Shown here one piece after another: positions 43,385-58,985 of a stretch of 64,000 bases of DNA. The stretch lies in the NCBI RefSeq assembly GCF_009914755.1, contig NC_060929.1; one strand, written 5' to 3'. The position numbers and the translations under genes were made by a program. A model generated the notes under the pieces. That model worked only from the letters and a program-made list of their open reading frames with translations, had not been told where the DNA came from and searched no databases. Source of the DNA: the human T2T-CHM13v2.0 reference genome, Homo sapiens. Numbering within the stretch: the first letter of the stretch is position 1; each line of letters begins with the position of its first letter.

Positions 43385-43739
43385 TTATTAGTCCGTTTTC
43401 ACACTGCTGATAAAGGCATACCCAAGACTGGGAAGAAAAGGAGGTCTAATTGGACTTACAGTTCCACATGGCTGGGGAAGCCTCAGAATCAAGGCGGGAG
43501 GCAAAAAACACTTCTTACATGGTGGCAGCAAGAAAAAAATGAGGAAGATGCAAAAGCAGAAACCCCTGATAAAACCATCAGATCTCGTGAGACCTATTCA
43601 GTACCATGAGAATGGTATGAGGGAAACCACCCCCATGATTCAAGTGATCTCCCACCAGGTCCCTCCCACAACACATGGGAATTATGGGAGTACAATTCAA
43701 GATGAGATTTTGGTGGAAACACAGAGCCAAACCATATCA
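43385..43739 (-). mobile_element. THE1B-like LTR (3' LTR)
   Basis: TTAGTCCGTTTTCACACTGCTGATAAAG...GAGGAAGATGCAAAAGC...CCAAACCATATCA. Confidence 0.92.
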
Positions 43740-44400
43740 TTCCAACCCTGGTTTCTCCAAATCTCATGTCCTCATATTTGAAAATCAATCATGCCTTCTC
43801 AATAGTCCTCTAAAGTCTTAACTCATTTCAGCATTAACCCAGAAGTACACAGTCCAAAATTTTATCTGAGACAAGTCATGTCCCTTTTGCCTATGAGCCT
43901 GTAAAATCAAAAGCAAGCTAGTCACTTTGTAGATACAACGCGGGTACAGGTATTTGATAAATACTGCCATTCTGCATGTGGGAAACTGGCCAAAACAAAG
44001 GAGTTACAGGGCCCATGCAAGTCTAAAATCCAGTGGGGCAGTCAAATTCTAAAGCTCCAAAATGATCTCCTTTAACTCCAAGTCTCACGACCAGGTCTCG
44101 CTGATGCAAGAGGTGGATTTCTATGGTCTTGGGCCGCTCCACTCCTGTGGCTTTGCAGGGTACACCCTCCCTCCTGACTGCTTTCATGGGCTGGCATTGA
44201 GAGTCTGCAGCTTTTCCAGGTGCATGGTGCAAGCTGTCGATGGGTCTACCATTCTGGGGTCTGGAGGATGGTGGTCCTTTTCTCACAGCTCCACTAGGCA
44301 GTGCCTCAGTAGGGACTCTGTGTGGGGGCTCCGACCCCACATTTCCCTTCTGCACTGCCCTAGCAGAGGTTATCCACGAGGGACCCACCCCTGCAGCAAA
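43740..44400 (-). mobile_element. THE1 internal sequence (3' part, truncated)
   Basis: Contiguous with the LTR; CCTGTAAAATCAAAAGCAAG, CTGATGCAAGAGGTGG, CACAGCTCCACTAGGCAGTG; ends at CCTGCAGCAAA. Confidence 0.9.
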
Positions 44401-44489
44401 ATTCACAGTGTTGTCCAAGACTACAATAATCTTAAGAATGGAATGGGATTGGATCTAATTCCCAACTCAGTTACACAGTAGCCATTGGC

Positions 44490-44788
44490 AAGCTTTGGTT
44501 CTTCAGTAACAGTTGCCTGAAAATATCAGGTGCTTCCCACTTGGGATTCCCCATTTGATAGCTCATAACACATCCTGGCTTCCATCAGAGTAAAGGAGAG
44601 ACACCCAAGACAGAAACCACAGTTATTTTGTAATTAAATCTTAGAAATGATATTCCATCCCTTTTGCCACATTATATTTCTCAGAAGTGAGTAAATAAGT
44701 CCAGCCCACTCTCAAGGGACGCAGTTTGTGCAGGATATGAATGGCAGAATGGGGAAGCATTGAGGGTCACTTTAGAGGCTGCCTACCA
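44490..44788 (-). mobile_element. MLT1G/H-like LTR fragment
   Basis: AGAAGTGAGT...AAGTCCAGCCCACTCTCAAGGG...TTAGAGGCTGCCTACCA. Confidence 0.7.
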
Positions 44789-44789
44789 A

Positions 44790-45010
44790 AAATAATTTTT
44801 GAAACAGTCATAAAAACAACGCAGGAAATGTATTTTTAAAAAGATGTGCCATGTGCAGAGGAACAAAGATAAGAATGACAGGAGCGTTCTTCATTGGAAG
44901 CAATGCCAGTGAGAAGACAGCAGAGCAACACCTTTAAAGTACTGGGGACAGGAAGAACTGTCAACCAAGTATTCTATACCCAGCAAAAGTATCTGTCACA
45001 AACAAACCTG
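44790..45010 (+). mobile_element. Ancient L1M ORF1 fragment (sense)
   Basis: GAGGAACAAAGATAAGAATGACAG...CTTTAAAGTACTG...AACTGTCAACC...ATTCTATACCCAGCAAAA. Confidence 0.75.
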
Positions 45011-45079
45011 TGATATTAATTTCTTTACATTACTACAAGTTATGATAATTTGTTATGCAGCACATATAACTAATACATA

Positions 45080-46550
<1,471 letters not shown>

Positions 46551-48440
46551 TTATTAAATTAAAAATCAAAATTTTACTGGACACAGTACTCTTTCCTTAA
46601 TTCTGTACTTCAGTTAATTACAATAAATAATTTTTAATCTGAGAATGATGTTGGGGATTGATAGGAGGTAGTCCTTTTTATATAAAACTTTAGGTTATAG
46701 AGTAACCCTAGGTTGTTTAAAGATTCTCATGTTGCAGGAAGTGTGTCATTATATTTGGCTTGTTTTTATTTTCAGCCAGAAATAATTTTCTTCTCACTTT
46801 ATCAAAAGACTGATGCTGTGTGAGTAGAAGTTTTTAAAAAACTACATGATAACTGAAAGCACGTTGTAATGTGGCCAAATCACTCAGGGTTTCTGTGTCT
46901 AGATCTATTTTTCATTTGTTTTGTGTGTGATGCAAAAAGAAATTAATGAGATGTTGATTGAAATTTGGTCCTTTGACTCTAGTATCTATACAGATAAATT
47001 AATTTTTATAAAGAAATTATATACAGCTTATTATTCATTAAGATATAAAAATTGCGCATATTCAATTTACAGCCAATTTATATTTTTATTTGCCATTTTG
47101 TTTTAAGATTTATGCTAAATTCTCCTGAATTTTGTTATTTGAAACTTTCACAACTAATACATGAAGTCATTCTTATATCAGATTCTGCTTTTCTTATCTT
47201 TACTTCAAATATTTGTATTTTTACTATTTTACTAAGTTTAAAAATATTTTAGAGTATATATTACAAAGAAGTTATACCTAAAACCTTGATAAGACTTTGT
47301 TCTTTATTATATTAACCTTTTCCAAATTGTAAGGTTCCGCTGCTCCCATCTATCAATGTCTAACTTAATAGATCCAATCACTAGTTCTAAGTTTATTTTA
47401 ATTACAACTTTAAGCTCGGTTGTTGCATTAGCACTTGCATTTGTTCTTTGTTTAAATATTCCCTAAATGATAAAACTCTCAAGGCATTTCTTAAGGCTAT
47501 GGCTACTAAATGACTTTAATGGATATTATGTAACAGAGAAATAGCAAATTATAAGCAATACTTATGGGATACTTTGAGAATTATTTTATACAAATATTTG
47601 GGAAAGTAATGTGAAATATAATATTATCTCTTACATCTGAAAATAATAACTTAGACTCATTTTTAGGCAATCACAGCCAAACTGGTCCAACTATAACTTC
47701 AGGCATATCTGAAAAAGTCTCACTCTCAAAGTGTATGAGTTCAGCTTCCCAAAATTGTTTGCACTAAGCCTAGCCAGTGGAGTGGAGAGACAGAATTTTT
47801 TAATCACCGGGATTATATGGATGGAGCCTTAAATGCCTCATTATAGTTTCTCTCTCTGTCTCTCCCTCTGAAGCAGAGACAGCATCAGCCACGTGTCACA
47901 AAAGCTAGACAAGTGCAGGGCCGGTACTCTGTGATGGTGAAATGACCAGGAGCAGAGGGTAATAGGGCTTTCAGAACATTCCTACCTGCGGGCTCCCGTG
48001 GGCCCTCCCACTTAGAGCAATTAATAGCATTATGCTCTCATTGTTTCAGACAATCAGCTTTTGAGCTGACAGACATGGGTGTGCGGTGTGCACAATTCAA
48101 ACCACCTCCCCAAAATGCACATGCAAAGTTTGTCACCTCGTTCCTGGTCTATTCTTGGGGGTCCTGGCTTGGCCCTCAGTGATACATACAAATTAGCTAC
48201 ACAATACTAAAGTACAGTTGTGATTTTTCTTTTAAATAAAGCATAAACACTAACAAATGTGTCACCAAAGTCTCTGGCAAAAGCATTGAGACATTGTCCC
48301 AAGAGTTGACACTTGTTTGGGGGTACATCTATGTACCAATACTCACCATTCCCAATTCGGGGTCTCCACAGCCACCTTTGGGAGGGCTTGCAGCTGACTC
48401 TGGGTTTTAGGAGGAATTACAGCCAGCCAGTGTAGAAGGG

Positions 48441-48497
<57 letters not shown>
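48441..48497. repeat. Compound (AT)6(TG)23 microsatellite
   Basis: Read directly from the sequence. Confidence 0.97.
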
Positions 48498-48499
<2 letters not shown>

Positions 48500-49214
48500 T
48501 AGATAGATAAATAGACACTCATGGAGTTGTAAGGGTTTTTCAGAAGATCATCTATCTATACACTCAGGTTTACAAGGCAGTAACTCCTGAAGACCAGTGT
48601 TATGTTGCACAGGTGGAAAAAAAAATCTAAGTTAGACCAAGGTCCTCTTGACCCCATGTCTAATGAATTTCCTAGGATCAGCCACTCTGTCAACTGGTAA
48701 TTAAAGGATTTTAAGCAGATGTTGTCTTCAGAAAAACAATTTTCTGTTTAATTTTCCAAAGGGAAGATGTAAGAATATGGATTATTTCTAGAAAATTGTG
48801 TCTTCAATGTTTTGAAGTTCAATTTTTAAGATAAATAATGAAACTACGTCGTAATCTTGGGTTTCAGAAATGAAACCATGACTCGTTGTTGATAAAACCA
48901 CAGTCAAGTAGTGAGCCTATCATGTTCCAAATAACTTGAAGGAAGAGACAGGGTCTGCAGCCACTTGTGTATCCTGTGATGATCCCAGCATGGTGCCCGC
49001 ACACAGCAGGGACTCAGTAAACACCTGGCAACCCGGCTGAACGTGAGGCTTTGAATTGCCGGTTTATTTCATTGGTAGCTTCTGCCAGTGGCATATTCTA
49101 ATTCACGTACTATAGGACAAATTATTGATAGGATTCCCTAGTAGGCCTGGGAAATGTAAATCCTACAAAGGTTATAAAATGACATATTAACATAAACATT
49201 TTATTTTGTCCCAA

Positions 49215-49355
49215 ATTTTCTTGCCTCTGTTTCTCTCTCCTTTCTTCTCTTTCTTCCTTTCTCTCTCTTCCTTATCCTCTTATTCCTCTTCCCTCTCCTC
49301 TTTTTTCTTTCTCTGCCTGTCTGTCTCTCTCTGTGTCTCTGCTTTTTTCTCTCTT
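49215..49355. repeat. CT-rich low-complexity tract
   Basis: Read directly from the sequence. Confidence 0.85.
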
Positions 49356-49619
49356 ATTCATTTTGCCACTTCCCTTATGCCTATGGGGTATACTTTGGCT
49401 CATGCCCCATCATTGGATGTCTATGCTTAAGTAAAGTGAGAGAAAAGAAAAAGTTCAGGTGCCTCCGTTTACATAAACTTGTCTGCTGTGTTCTCTTGGA
49501 AGGGCGAGACAGTGCTTTCAAAAAAATTCACTTTTCCCATAAAGGCTAATTTTCCTAAACACTTCTAATTTGTCTTTTCTCTGCCATGTGTGTTTTCTGG
49601 GTTACTGGAATGAATATTC

Positions 49620-49928
<309 letters not shown>

Positions 49929-50391
49929 TGCAATTAATATTCTTTATTCTAGGTTATTATGTTCATAAACACTCGGGTAATTTTCTATTTTTTTTCAATG
50001 TCAGTCGTTTTGGTACATGTGAACTTCTCTAAAGCTTAGGCATTCTATATTTTCTTTTGAAAGGTGTAGCTAGCTCCTGTTAGTAGAGGAAACTAGTTTA
50101 GCTTGGATATAAGTAAGAAAAATCACTCTCTTCTGTTGTTGAGTCGGTTTGTTTTCTATTATATTTAAAGGATGATAAGATTATTTGACAAAAATTCTTC
50201 TGCATAAGACATTTCATAGTTGATATCATGTAATGAATATAAAAAGAAAACTGACCAATCAATATTCTTCATTGGTTTCATTTGGCATTTGGTTATGTAT
50301 TCTACTGTGGGAATGTGTGGGCCTGGTGTTTCACAGTGTATAATGTAACTGTTTTCACCCGCACACACCTGGCTCAGAAGAGATGAAGGTT

Positions 50392-50734
<343 letters not shown>

Positions 50735-51177
50735 TCAGTGGGTGACTTTCCCTCTAACGAGCAAAGGTGTGTGTAGGTGAGTCACCGCCTTTCCAGTCTG
50801 TGCAGGACTTCAGCTCTAATAAGGCTGCTCTCCAACTTCTCACACCTTCATGCTGTGCTTCCCAGGTTTCAAATTGAAAGCAACAGTGAAACGAAATATT
50901 TAGGTATTTTTCATGTGATGCAGAGCTTTCAGATATTCAACACTGACAAAGTAAAATAGCTGAGATTGTGTGGAATTTTTGGAAAAATTTAAGCAAAGAA
51001 TATCCAACCATGAATAGATAAATGTGAAATTAACTGATAACACATGTGGACATTTTTGCAAAGTTATGCCAGTCTGAGTGTTATGAACATCTCGTGTCAG
51101 AAGAAATCAAACTGGATACTTGATACTGTCACAAATATCAGCCTAGCTATGTACATGAGCTTTCTACCTCTGCATCC

Positions 51178-51392
51178 ACGTCTCTCCACCTTGGGCGTTA
51201 TGGGCATTTTGGGCTAGATAATTCTTCCTGATGGGTGCTGTCTTGTTCACTGTAGAAAGTTTAGCAGCCTCCCCAGCCTCTGCCCACCCAGTGCTGGAAG
51301 CGTCGCCAGCTCAGTGATCATTATGAAAAATCAAAAATATCCCCAGACATTGCCAAAAGCCCCCAAGGGAGGTGAAGTAACCCTTGGAAGCT
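51178..51392 (-). mobile_element. MER20
   Basis: CATTTTGGGCTAGATAATTCTT...GTTTAGCAGCCTCCC...CCAGACATTGCCAAA. Confidence 0.8.
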
Positions 51393-52095
51393 ACGGATCT
51401 ATCTAATAGGATTAAAAACATTTCAATAATATACAGAATTTCAACATCAATTTAAAAAGTATATTGATACAACTTTGTTAAATGGACAAAATATATTCAT
51501 TTACTTGATGTTTTCCTTTTCAAGGGTATTTTTTAATTTGGGGCAAGTCATATAAAAGTTCCTCTTGACCCATTGATGGCTCTCCTGTGATGGGTTCTTT
51601 GAGAGTGCCAGTGGGGTTGACTGGATGCATGCATCTCCAGCGGCACCGCGGGACATTTACACCAGAGCAAAGCGACATCACCAATTCAGCCAGGAAGGCA
51701 GGGAGGGTCATCCATGTGGGTGAGGGACAACCTCAGAGTTTGCCTACCAAGAACCCCAATCTACAGCCCCGGGGCACTGCTTCAGGAGAGCAGGGCACCA
51801 ATCCTAGGTGGGCTTCAAGCGAAACTGAAGGCACCTAAAGGGGGGTGTGCGAAGTGCCTCTCTCTTTTCTTTTATACAGTCTGTCATTTTTATTTCTAAC
51901 AGTAGATTTTTGAAAAGGCAAATCGGACGACATTCAGAGAAGAGTGTCCCTAAAAGTGAGGGGCCATGGCCTGTGCCATGTGGGAAGACAAGCCACACTG
52001 GGTTAGCACCTGGGTGGGGTGGCAGAAGCCCCCGATTCTGGGGGCGTCCCGAAGCTCTCATCGACTAATGGCATCCTCCTCCTGAGCGTGGGCTT

Positions 52096-52820
<725 letters not shown>

Positions 52821-53606
52821 GGCTTCTACAACAGGACAATGAGTATAACCTTTCAGTCTTTCTGGGAGAGGTGAGTGTGGAATAACACATACCACAGGTA
52901 AGCACATGTCCTTCTTCCTCTGCCCTCAAATCTGTCTCCATGAATTTCCTTTATTTATATAAATGTATTTGTACACATTTTACACATATGGAGAAGGAAC
53001 TTGTATTGTTTAACACAATGAATGGCAGACTGGGGAACACAGCCATTACTATTAGTGTTTAGAGGTCTACGTAGCAGAGAGGGGCTACCTGTGCTCCCCA
53101 GGTGAGCAGAATGAGGATTAACACATGAAATCTTCATGTAATACACCTTACAGGTGTGTAAGTTTGACCCAGTCCAATCCTAATGGCTTTCTTCTCCATC
53201 TCAGGATTTCTCTGAGTTCAGAAGTGACTTTCCTGCCATAGGCACCATAGATCACTGCGACCCAACGAACCACAAAATCTGTTCCAGTGCTTGGCTATCA
53301 TGGTTGATGGACTGTGAATGCAGAGAAGCAGAAAATAAGCTCTGCACCCTGGCACTTAATCAAGCAAAGGCTTAACAGTTTAATAAGTCTATAACTTTCT
53401 CCCCTTCAGTAATAGTGGAGCAGTGCCACAATATTGGCTCAGCCAAAGGTTGATATGTCATCCCGGTAGATAACCTTGTCCATATTTGACAATAAATTCA
53501 TGGTTGGAATTTACCTGCATGGATCTCCTGATTTTTCTTTTCTTCTTGCTTCTTAGCCATATGGTAACAGTTTACCTCTGCAATTCTCACATGTGTGTAC
53601 AGACAT

Positions 53607-53632
53607 ACACACACACACACACACACACACAC
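53607..53632. repeat. (AC)13 microsatellite
   Basis: Read directly from the sequence. Confidence 0.95.
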
Positions 53633-54526
53633 GGGGAGGCACACATACAACTTTGCTATATTAGGTGCAGAATTCTTCAATCAAGTCTAGAGTTCCATAA
53701 GATTTTCCTTACCAAATTACCAAGAAATGTATTACTTCCTTCCTGAGACCTCCATCCCACCCCTGACTTCCCCGGAACACTGGTGCCAGATCCATCTCTT
53801 CTGCTTTCACAAATGAGGTGGAGAAAAAAAGTGGAGTGGCAGCAATTGGCTTGAGAACACCTGTTTGGAGTCACCTTTGCATCTACTGTCTACCCGCTAA
53901 GCCTTTGTCCATCATGGTGGTGACTAGCTTATTGGCTCTGTCACCTGCTCTGACCCCCAAGGACCTCTACGCTCTGGACCCAGGGATGCTTTCCTCCAGG
54001 TTGTGTGGTGCAGGCTTCCCAAAACACGATTGACATGTCAAAGTGGTGGGTTCAGATAATATTGCAGCTTTAGCCACAACATGCGGGAACCAGATTGCCC
54101 CATAAGCACGTGGACGTAACATCAAGCCTGGATCCCCATTGCCACTCCCCTTCTTATGTGGCAAGCCCATCTTTGGTGTCCAGCCTCCTGTTCTCCCCAG
54201 ATAAGAGTCTGAATCAACCCAAGCCACACACACTTATCTTCCTATGGTGATCTTCACCTTAGCAGAATCAGGGACATCTCCATCTCTTCCTAAAGACCTT
54301 TTTGTCCTACGCTACCTTCCTTCCCACCGTGACCATTCCACATGCCAGGGCTGTAGAGGGAAGCGGACTTGGTCAGACTCACCCAGGGCAGGGAGTGGCT
54401 ACTTACAATACATTTTCATAAAAATTATTGTCAGAGCTAAGGTAGATCTTCTCGAAGATGACTTTGTGTGCCTCAGATTTTTTTTTAAGTTAAGATGCCA
54501 TTCAGTAACCTACACAAAACTTCTGT

Positions 54527-54528
<2 letters not shown>

Positions 54529-54562
<34 letters not shown>
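54529..54562. repeat. (AC)17 microsatellite
   Basis: Read directly from the sequence. Confidence 0.95.
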
Positions 54563-54565
<3 letters not shown>

Positions 54566-54736
54566 TATTGCACATTAAACAAAGCAATAAATGATGCAGA
54601 TATTTAAATAAAAATGCTTTGCACCCTCCTATATCTATAGAGTGGGCCCTTACTTGTATTAAACTATTTTTTAATTTTTATTATTTTCAGTTCGTATATT
54701 TTATATTTATATCTTTGCTTTTCATATTTTTGCATC

Positions 54737-54997
54737 TTTTTTTTTTTCTTTTTGAGGCAGGGTCTTGCTTTGTTGTCCAGGCTGGAGTACAGTGGCACGA
54801 TCTTGGCTCACTGTAGCCTCAACCTCCAGGGTACAAGTAATCCTCCCACCTCAGACCACTGAATGGTAATTTTTAAAAATTTGTTTCAGAGATGGGGTCT
54901 CACTATGGAGTCTAGTCTCCAACTCCTAGGCTCAAGTGATCCTCCTGCCTAGGCCTCCCAAAGTGCTGGAATTACAGGCATGAGCCAACATGCAACT
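54737..54997 (-). mobile_element. AluJ with internal deletion
   Basis: GAGGCAGGGTCTTGC, CACTGTAGCCTCAACCTCC, CCTAGGCTCAAGTGATCCTCC. Confidence 0.9.
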
Positions 54998-55595
54998 GTG
55001 GTGTTGAATTTCTCTCTCTGTATTACTTTCTTCTCCCCCTTGAAAAGTTTCTTCGGCTCAGTCCTAGATATGAACATTTCTTAGGAGAAGAGTCGAGGAT
55101 AACAGTAGCCTCTTTGGTATTCCTTATTGTGGGCACATAATTCTAAAACGACTATGAAACTGTGCTCTCAAAACCTAGAATGAGCTGCCCTCGGTGGTCT
55201 ACTACTTTATATGCAGAGCAAGATTTAGATCATATTGCCATAGGTTTAGTATCATTAGTATTTGATTCATTTCTAGTGGGATTTTAGTTAGAAACACAAT
55301 TGCAAGGGTGCCATTTGTCAAAACATACAAAGAAAATTTTTAAAACAGGAGTATCTGTTAACCCAAAAATTATTTTTCTAAGTCGTTTTTCCTAAAGAAA
55401 TATTTAATGATATACATAATATATAAGAAGAAATATATTATTAATTCAAGGTAATGTATAATATAAAACATGAGAGACAACCTGAATTGTAATAATGATG
55501 AAAGTTTAATTAATAGTCATAAAATGGAATGCTAAAGAATTGTTAAAATTATAGTATCTGCAAAATATCTAATGGTATACAAATTATCCATTAGT

Positions 55596-55917
55596 AGCCA
55601 GGCATAGTGGCTCATGTCTATAATCTTAATATTTGAGGAGGCCAAGTTGGGTGGATCGCTGGAGCCCAGTAGTTCCAGACCAGCCTGGAGGACACAGGGA
55701 AACCCTTTCTCTACAGAAACATTAAAAAAAAAATAGCTGAGCTTGGTGGTGCATGCCTGTAGTCCCACTACTTGGGAGACTGAGGTAGGAGAATGGCATA
55801 AACCCAGGAGGTTGAGACTGCAGTGAGCTGTAATCCTGCCACTGCACTCCAGCCTGGAAGACACAGCAAGACCTTGTCTCAAAAATAAATAAATAAATAA
55901 ATAAATAAAATAAAAAA
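55596..55917 (+). mobile_element. AluJ
   Basis: GGATCGCTGGAGCCCAG, GAGGTTGAGACTGCAGTGAGCTG; (AAAT)n tail. Confidence 0.92.
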
Positions 55918-56149
55918 TCATTCATCATCAAACAGTGAAAAATAATTATTTTATTTCTACAGTTACTTTGTTTGTGTGACATATGTATAAAAATGAACAA
56001 AAGGTAATCACCAAATTATTAAAAGTGCTTATCTCTAGGTCAGAGGATTGCACATTATTTTCTTTTTTATACCCTTCTATATTGTGCTACTTTATTTATA
56101 ATAAGTGCAGATTCTTTAGATTGATAACTGTTGAGACAATATTGTGTAA

Positions 56150-56360
56150 TGTAGCCTTCTCAACGGGAAGCAATTTTGACCCCAGGGAACATTAGTGGCA
56201 TCTGGAGACATGTTTAGTTGTTACAAATGGGGCAGTGACATGCTGCTGGCAACTAGTGGATAATGTCCAGGGACACTGCTAAACATATGACACACAGAAC
56301 AGCTCTTCACAACAATCATTTGGCTCAAAATGGCAGCAGGATTGAGGTTGAGAAACCCTG
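56150..56360 (+). mobile_element. MER20
   Basis: TTCTCAAC...TTTTGACCCCAGGG...CTGGAGACAT...CTGCTAAACAT...GAGGTTGAGAAACCCTG. Confidence 0.85.
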
Positions 56361-56374
56361 AAATAGGAAGGAGT

Positions 56375-56600
56375 ACAGGCTCAGAAACCAGACTAGATGG
56401 TGTCAGATCCCAACTCTATCACTTCATAATTGCAGGACCTCAGGTGCATTGTGTGTCCTGCTGGTGACTCAGTTTCCACTTTTGGCAAATGAGGATAATA
56501 GCAACACCTTTCTCACAGGAAAGTCATAGGGCTGAATTTGATAATAAAGGCAAAGTGCTTAGAAAAGTGCATGGTTCACAGTCAGCACTGAGCAAATGGA
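56375..56600 (+). mobile_element. MIR
   Basis: CTCAGTTTCCAC...GCAAATGAGGATAATA...AAAGTGCTTAGAAAAGTGC. Confidence 0.75.
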
Positions 56601-56619
56601 AATATCTTCCTAGGGTTTT

Positions 56620-56925
56620 ATTTACATATGTATACACATACACGTATATAAACATATATACACATATGTATATAAATATATAAATGCATATACATATACA
56701 CATACATGTATATAAACACATATGTATACATATAAATATGTATATGTGCAACATATATGTATATATGCATGTAACACATACACATATGTGCATGTATACA
56801 ACATATGTATGCAGATATGCACACATGTACATAAACACCCATGTTTATATGCATACATGCAACACATGTACACATATACATGCAGGTATATAACATGTAT
56901 GCACATGTATGTTTATATACACACA
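56620..56925. repeat. Degenerate alternating (TA/CA/TG) low-complexity repeat
   Basis: About 300 bp of TACATATGTATACAC-type units. Confidence 0.92.
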
Positions 56926-57983
56926 TTTGCAGCATTTTATTTCAAAATTGTGAAAAATACAGAAAGAACCAGTAATAAAGGAAACATTCAAAATTATTGA
57001 GTGATATTTCATCTTATTTCATCTTCAGATTCTTTTGAAACTTAAATCATATTACACTTAAATAAGACATCACTGATGGGGTTGTGTTTCTCTGCTTCCC
57101 TTTCCATTCCAATACTCCTCCTCCCTTTCTCCTCAAGGAAGACGTGATCAGGAATTTTGTATGCAATTCTAATCCATTCGTTTTGCTTTATCACAAATAT
57201 ATGTGTCTCTAAGCTAGCTATCTGTTTATTCATCTAATTATGATGTGCATTTTTAAATTTTCCAATACTTTTGTTATTTACCAAAATATTAATTAGTGTT
57301 GTCCTTCTAAAGAAGGCAAGGACCTAGCATGGTTTAATTTTACTCCAAAACCACCTCTTCCTTTGCATATTTCTACACTTTTTGTTCCATTTTTAGGCAA
57401 AAATAAATGATCCTTTTATAATCAATAATTGATTCCATTATTAACATAATGTTGGCAGTTTACTTGTTTGTCTCTGTTCATTTTTTATCTCATTTCTTCT
57501 TTTGAAATATGTTCTTGATGAATTATATGATTTGGTAACTATCTTAATTCTTTAGTAGGGTCCATAAGTGGCATACTTTTATCATCTTTGCGTGCCTGCA
57601 AATATCTTTATTTTCCTCCACATTTTAAAAATAGACAAAATGGGTATGAAAAAGTGGGTCCATCATTATTTTCCTCAGCATGTTGAAGATTTTACATGAT
57701 TTTCCAGCAGATGTTGTGAAGTCAATGCCTAATGTCAATGTGGTTATTTACGTTGGTAATTACGAAGTTGTTCTTTTAGATCTCTAATATATTCTATGAT
57801 TATTCCCTTTATAATTTATTTTATGTAGTTTTTTAACATATATCTAATGTGGACTTATTTATTCTACTCACCACCAAGTATATGCTGAATGTCTATTTTT
57901 GGCTTTTTCCTTTTGTCGTGTGTTCTTATCCATGTGTTCATATTCACTAATTCTCTTTGCGATTGTGTTTAATAAAGAATTTA

Positions 57984-57985
<2 letters not shown>

Positions 57986-58028
<43 letters not shown>

Positions 58029-58292
58029 GCAGGGTCTGGCTTTTGTCACCCAGGCTGGAGTGCAGTGGTGTGATTACAGCTCAGAGCAGCCTCAGTCTCC
58101 TGGGTTCAAATGATTCTTCCTCCTCAGCTATAGCTGGAACTGCAGGATCCCGCCACCACACCCAGCTAATTTTTGTACAGAAGGGGTTTTGCCGTGCTGC
58201 CCAGGCTGATCCCTAACCCCTGGGCTCAAGCAATCCACCCACCTTAGCCTCCCAATGTGCTGGGATTACAGGTGTAAGCCACCATGCCTGGC
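57986..58292 (-). mobile_element. AluJ with a 42-nt pure poly-T tail
   Basis: GGCAGGGTCTGGC, CTGGGCTCAAGCAATCC (J-type); T42 at 57986-58027. Confidence 0.92.
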
Positions 58293-58985
58293 AATAATTT
58301 TTCTTTTATATCAAGTTTCTTCTTCATTTTAAAAAAATTTAAGGTCTATTTTTACTTCCAGGAATTTTAATTGATTGTTTTCTCTATAAAATGCATTTTA
58401 CATTTATGTTACACTTATCTCTTCATTTCTTGAGTAATTCAGCACACATTATTAAAATTCTTTTCACATTATGGTGTCATTTTCCTTTTCTGGTGAAATG
58501 TTTCTCTCTTTAGGCAAGGATATTTTTTGTTTTGGTTTGATTTTCCTAACCTCTCAGCTTCACATTTTTCTTGTGTGTATTGAAATGTGTTGTGAAGCTT
58601 CATGATGAGCAGATACTCCTTTTGAGGCGGTTTAGAACCAGGTCATGAGCTGGTGGCTTTAGATCTTAATCCTTTTTCCATACTTGGACCATGGCCTGAC
58701 CTGGTTCTTAGGTTCTGGTGCTGCTGGGTTTTCCTGCCACTGCAGACAAATTGTTTACTTTCAGGCAGAGCCTTGGATAGCTGCAGATTTTTAAGGGCCC
58801 TCTTTATAAAAATATTATCTATTCCACACCATACAATTGTTTTCCACATTTTCTATTTCTGTCTAGAGCCCAGCAAGCTTGTGAATGAATTCCCTTCTCA
58901 TTGCTCTGTATTTAAGTCTGTCTTTCTCCTCTTTCCTTGTCTTCCTCCTTCCCTTCCTTACTTCTTTTCTGCAATGCTTTTTAGT

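Noticed and set aside
44023-44481. 131-aa and 139-aa ORFs
   Set aside because: Lie within THE1 internal sequence; degenerate MaLR-derived frames
51638-51660. REST/RE1-like CGGCACC-GCG-GGACA
   Set aside because: Non-canonical spacing and mismatches in both half-sites
56524-57000. Tyr/Ile/His/Cys/Met-rich ORFs
   Set aside because: Translations of (TA/CA/TG) low-complexity DNA
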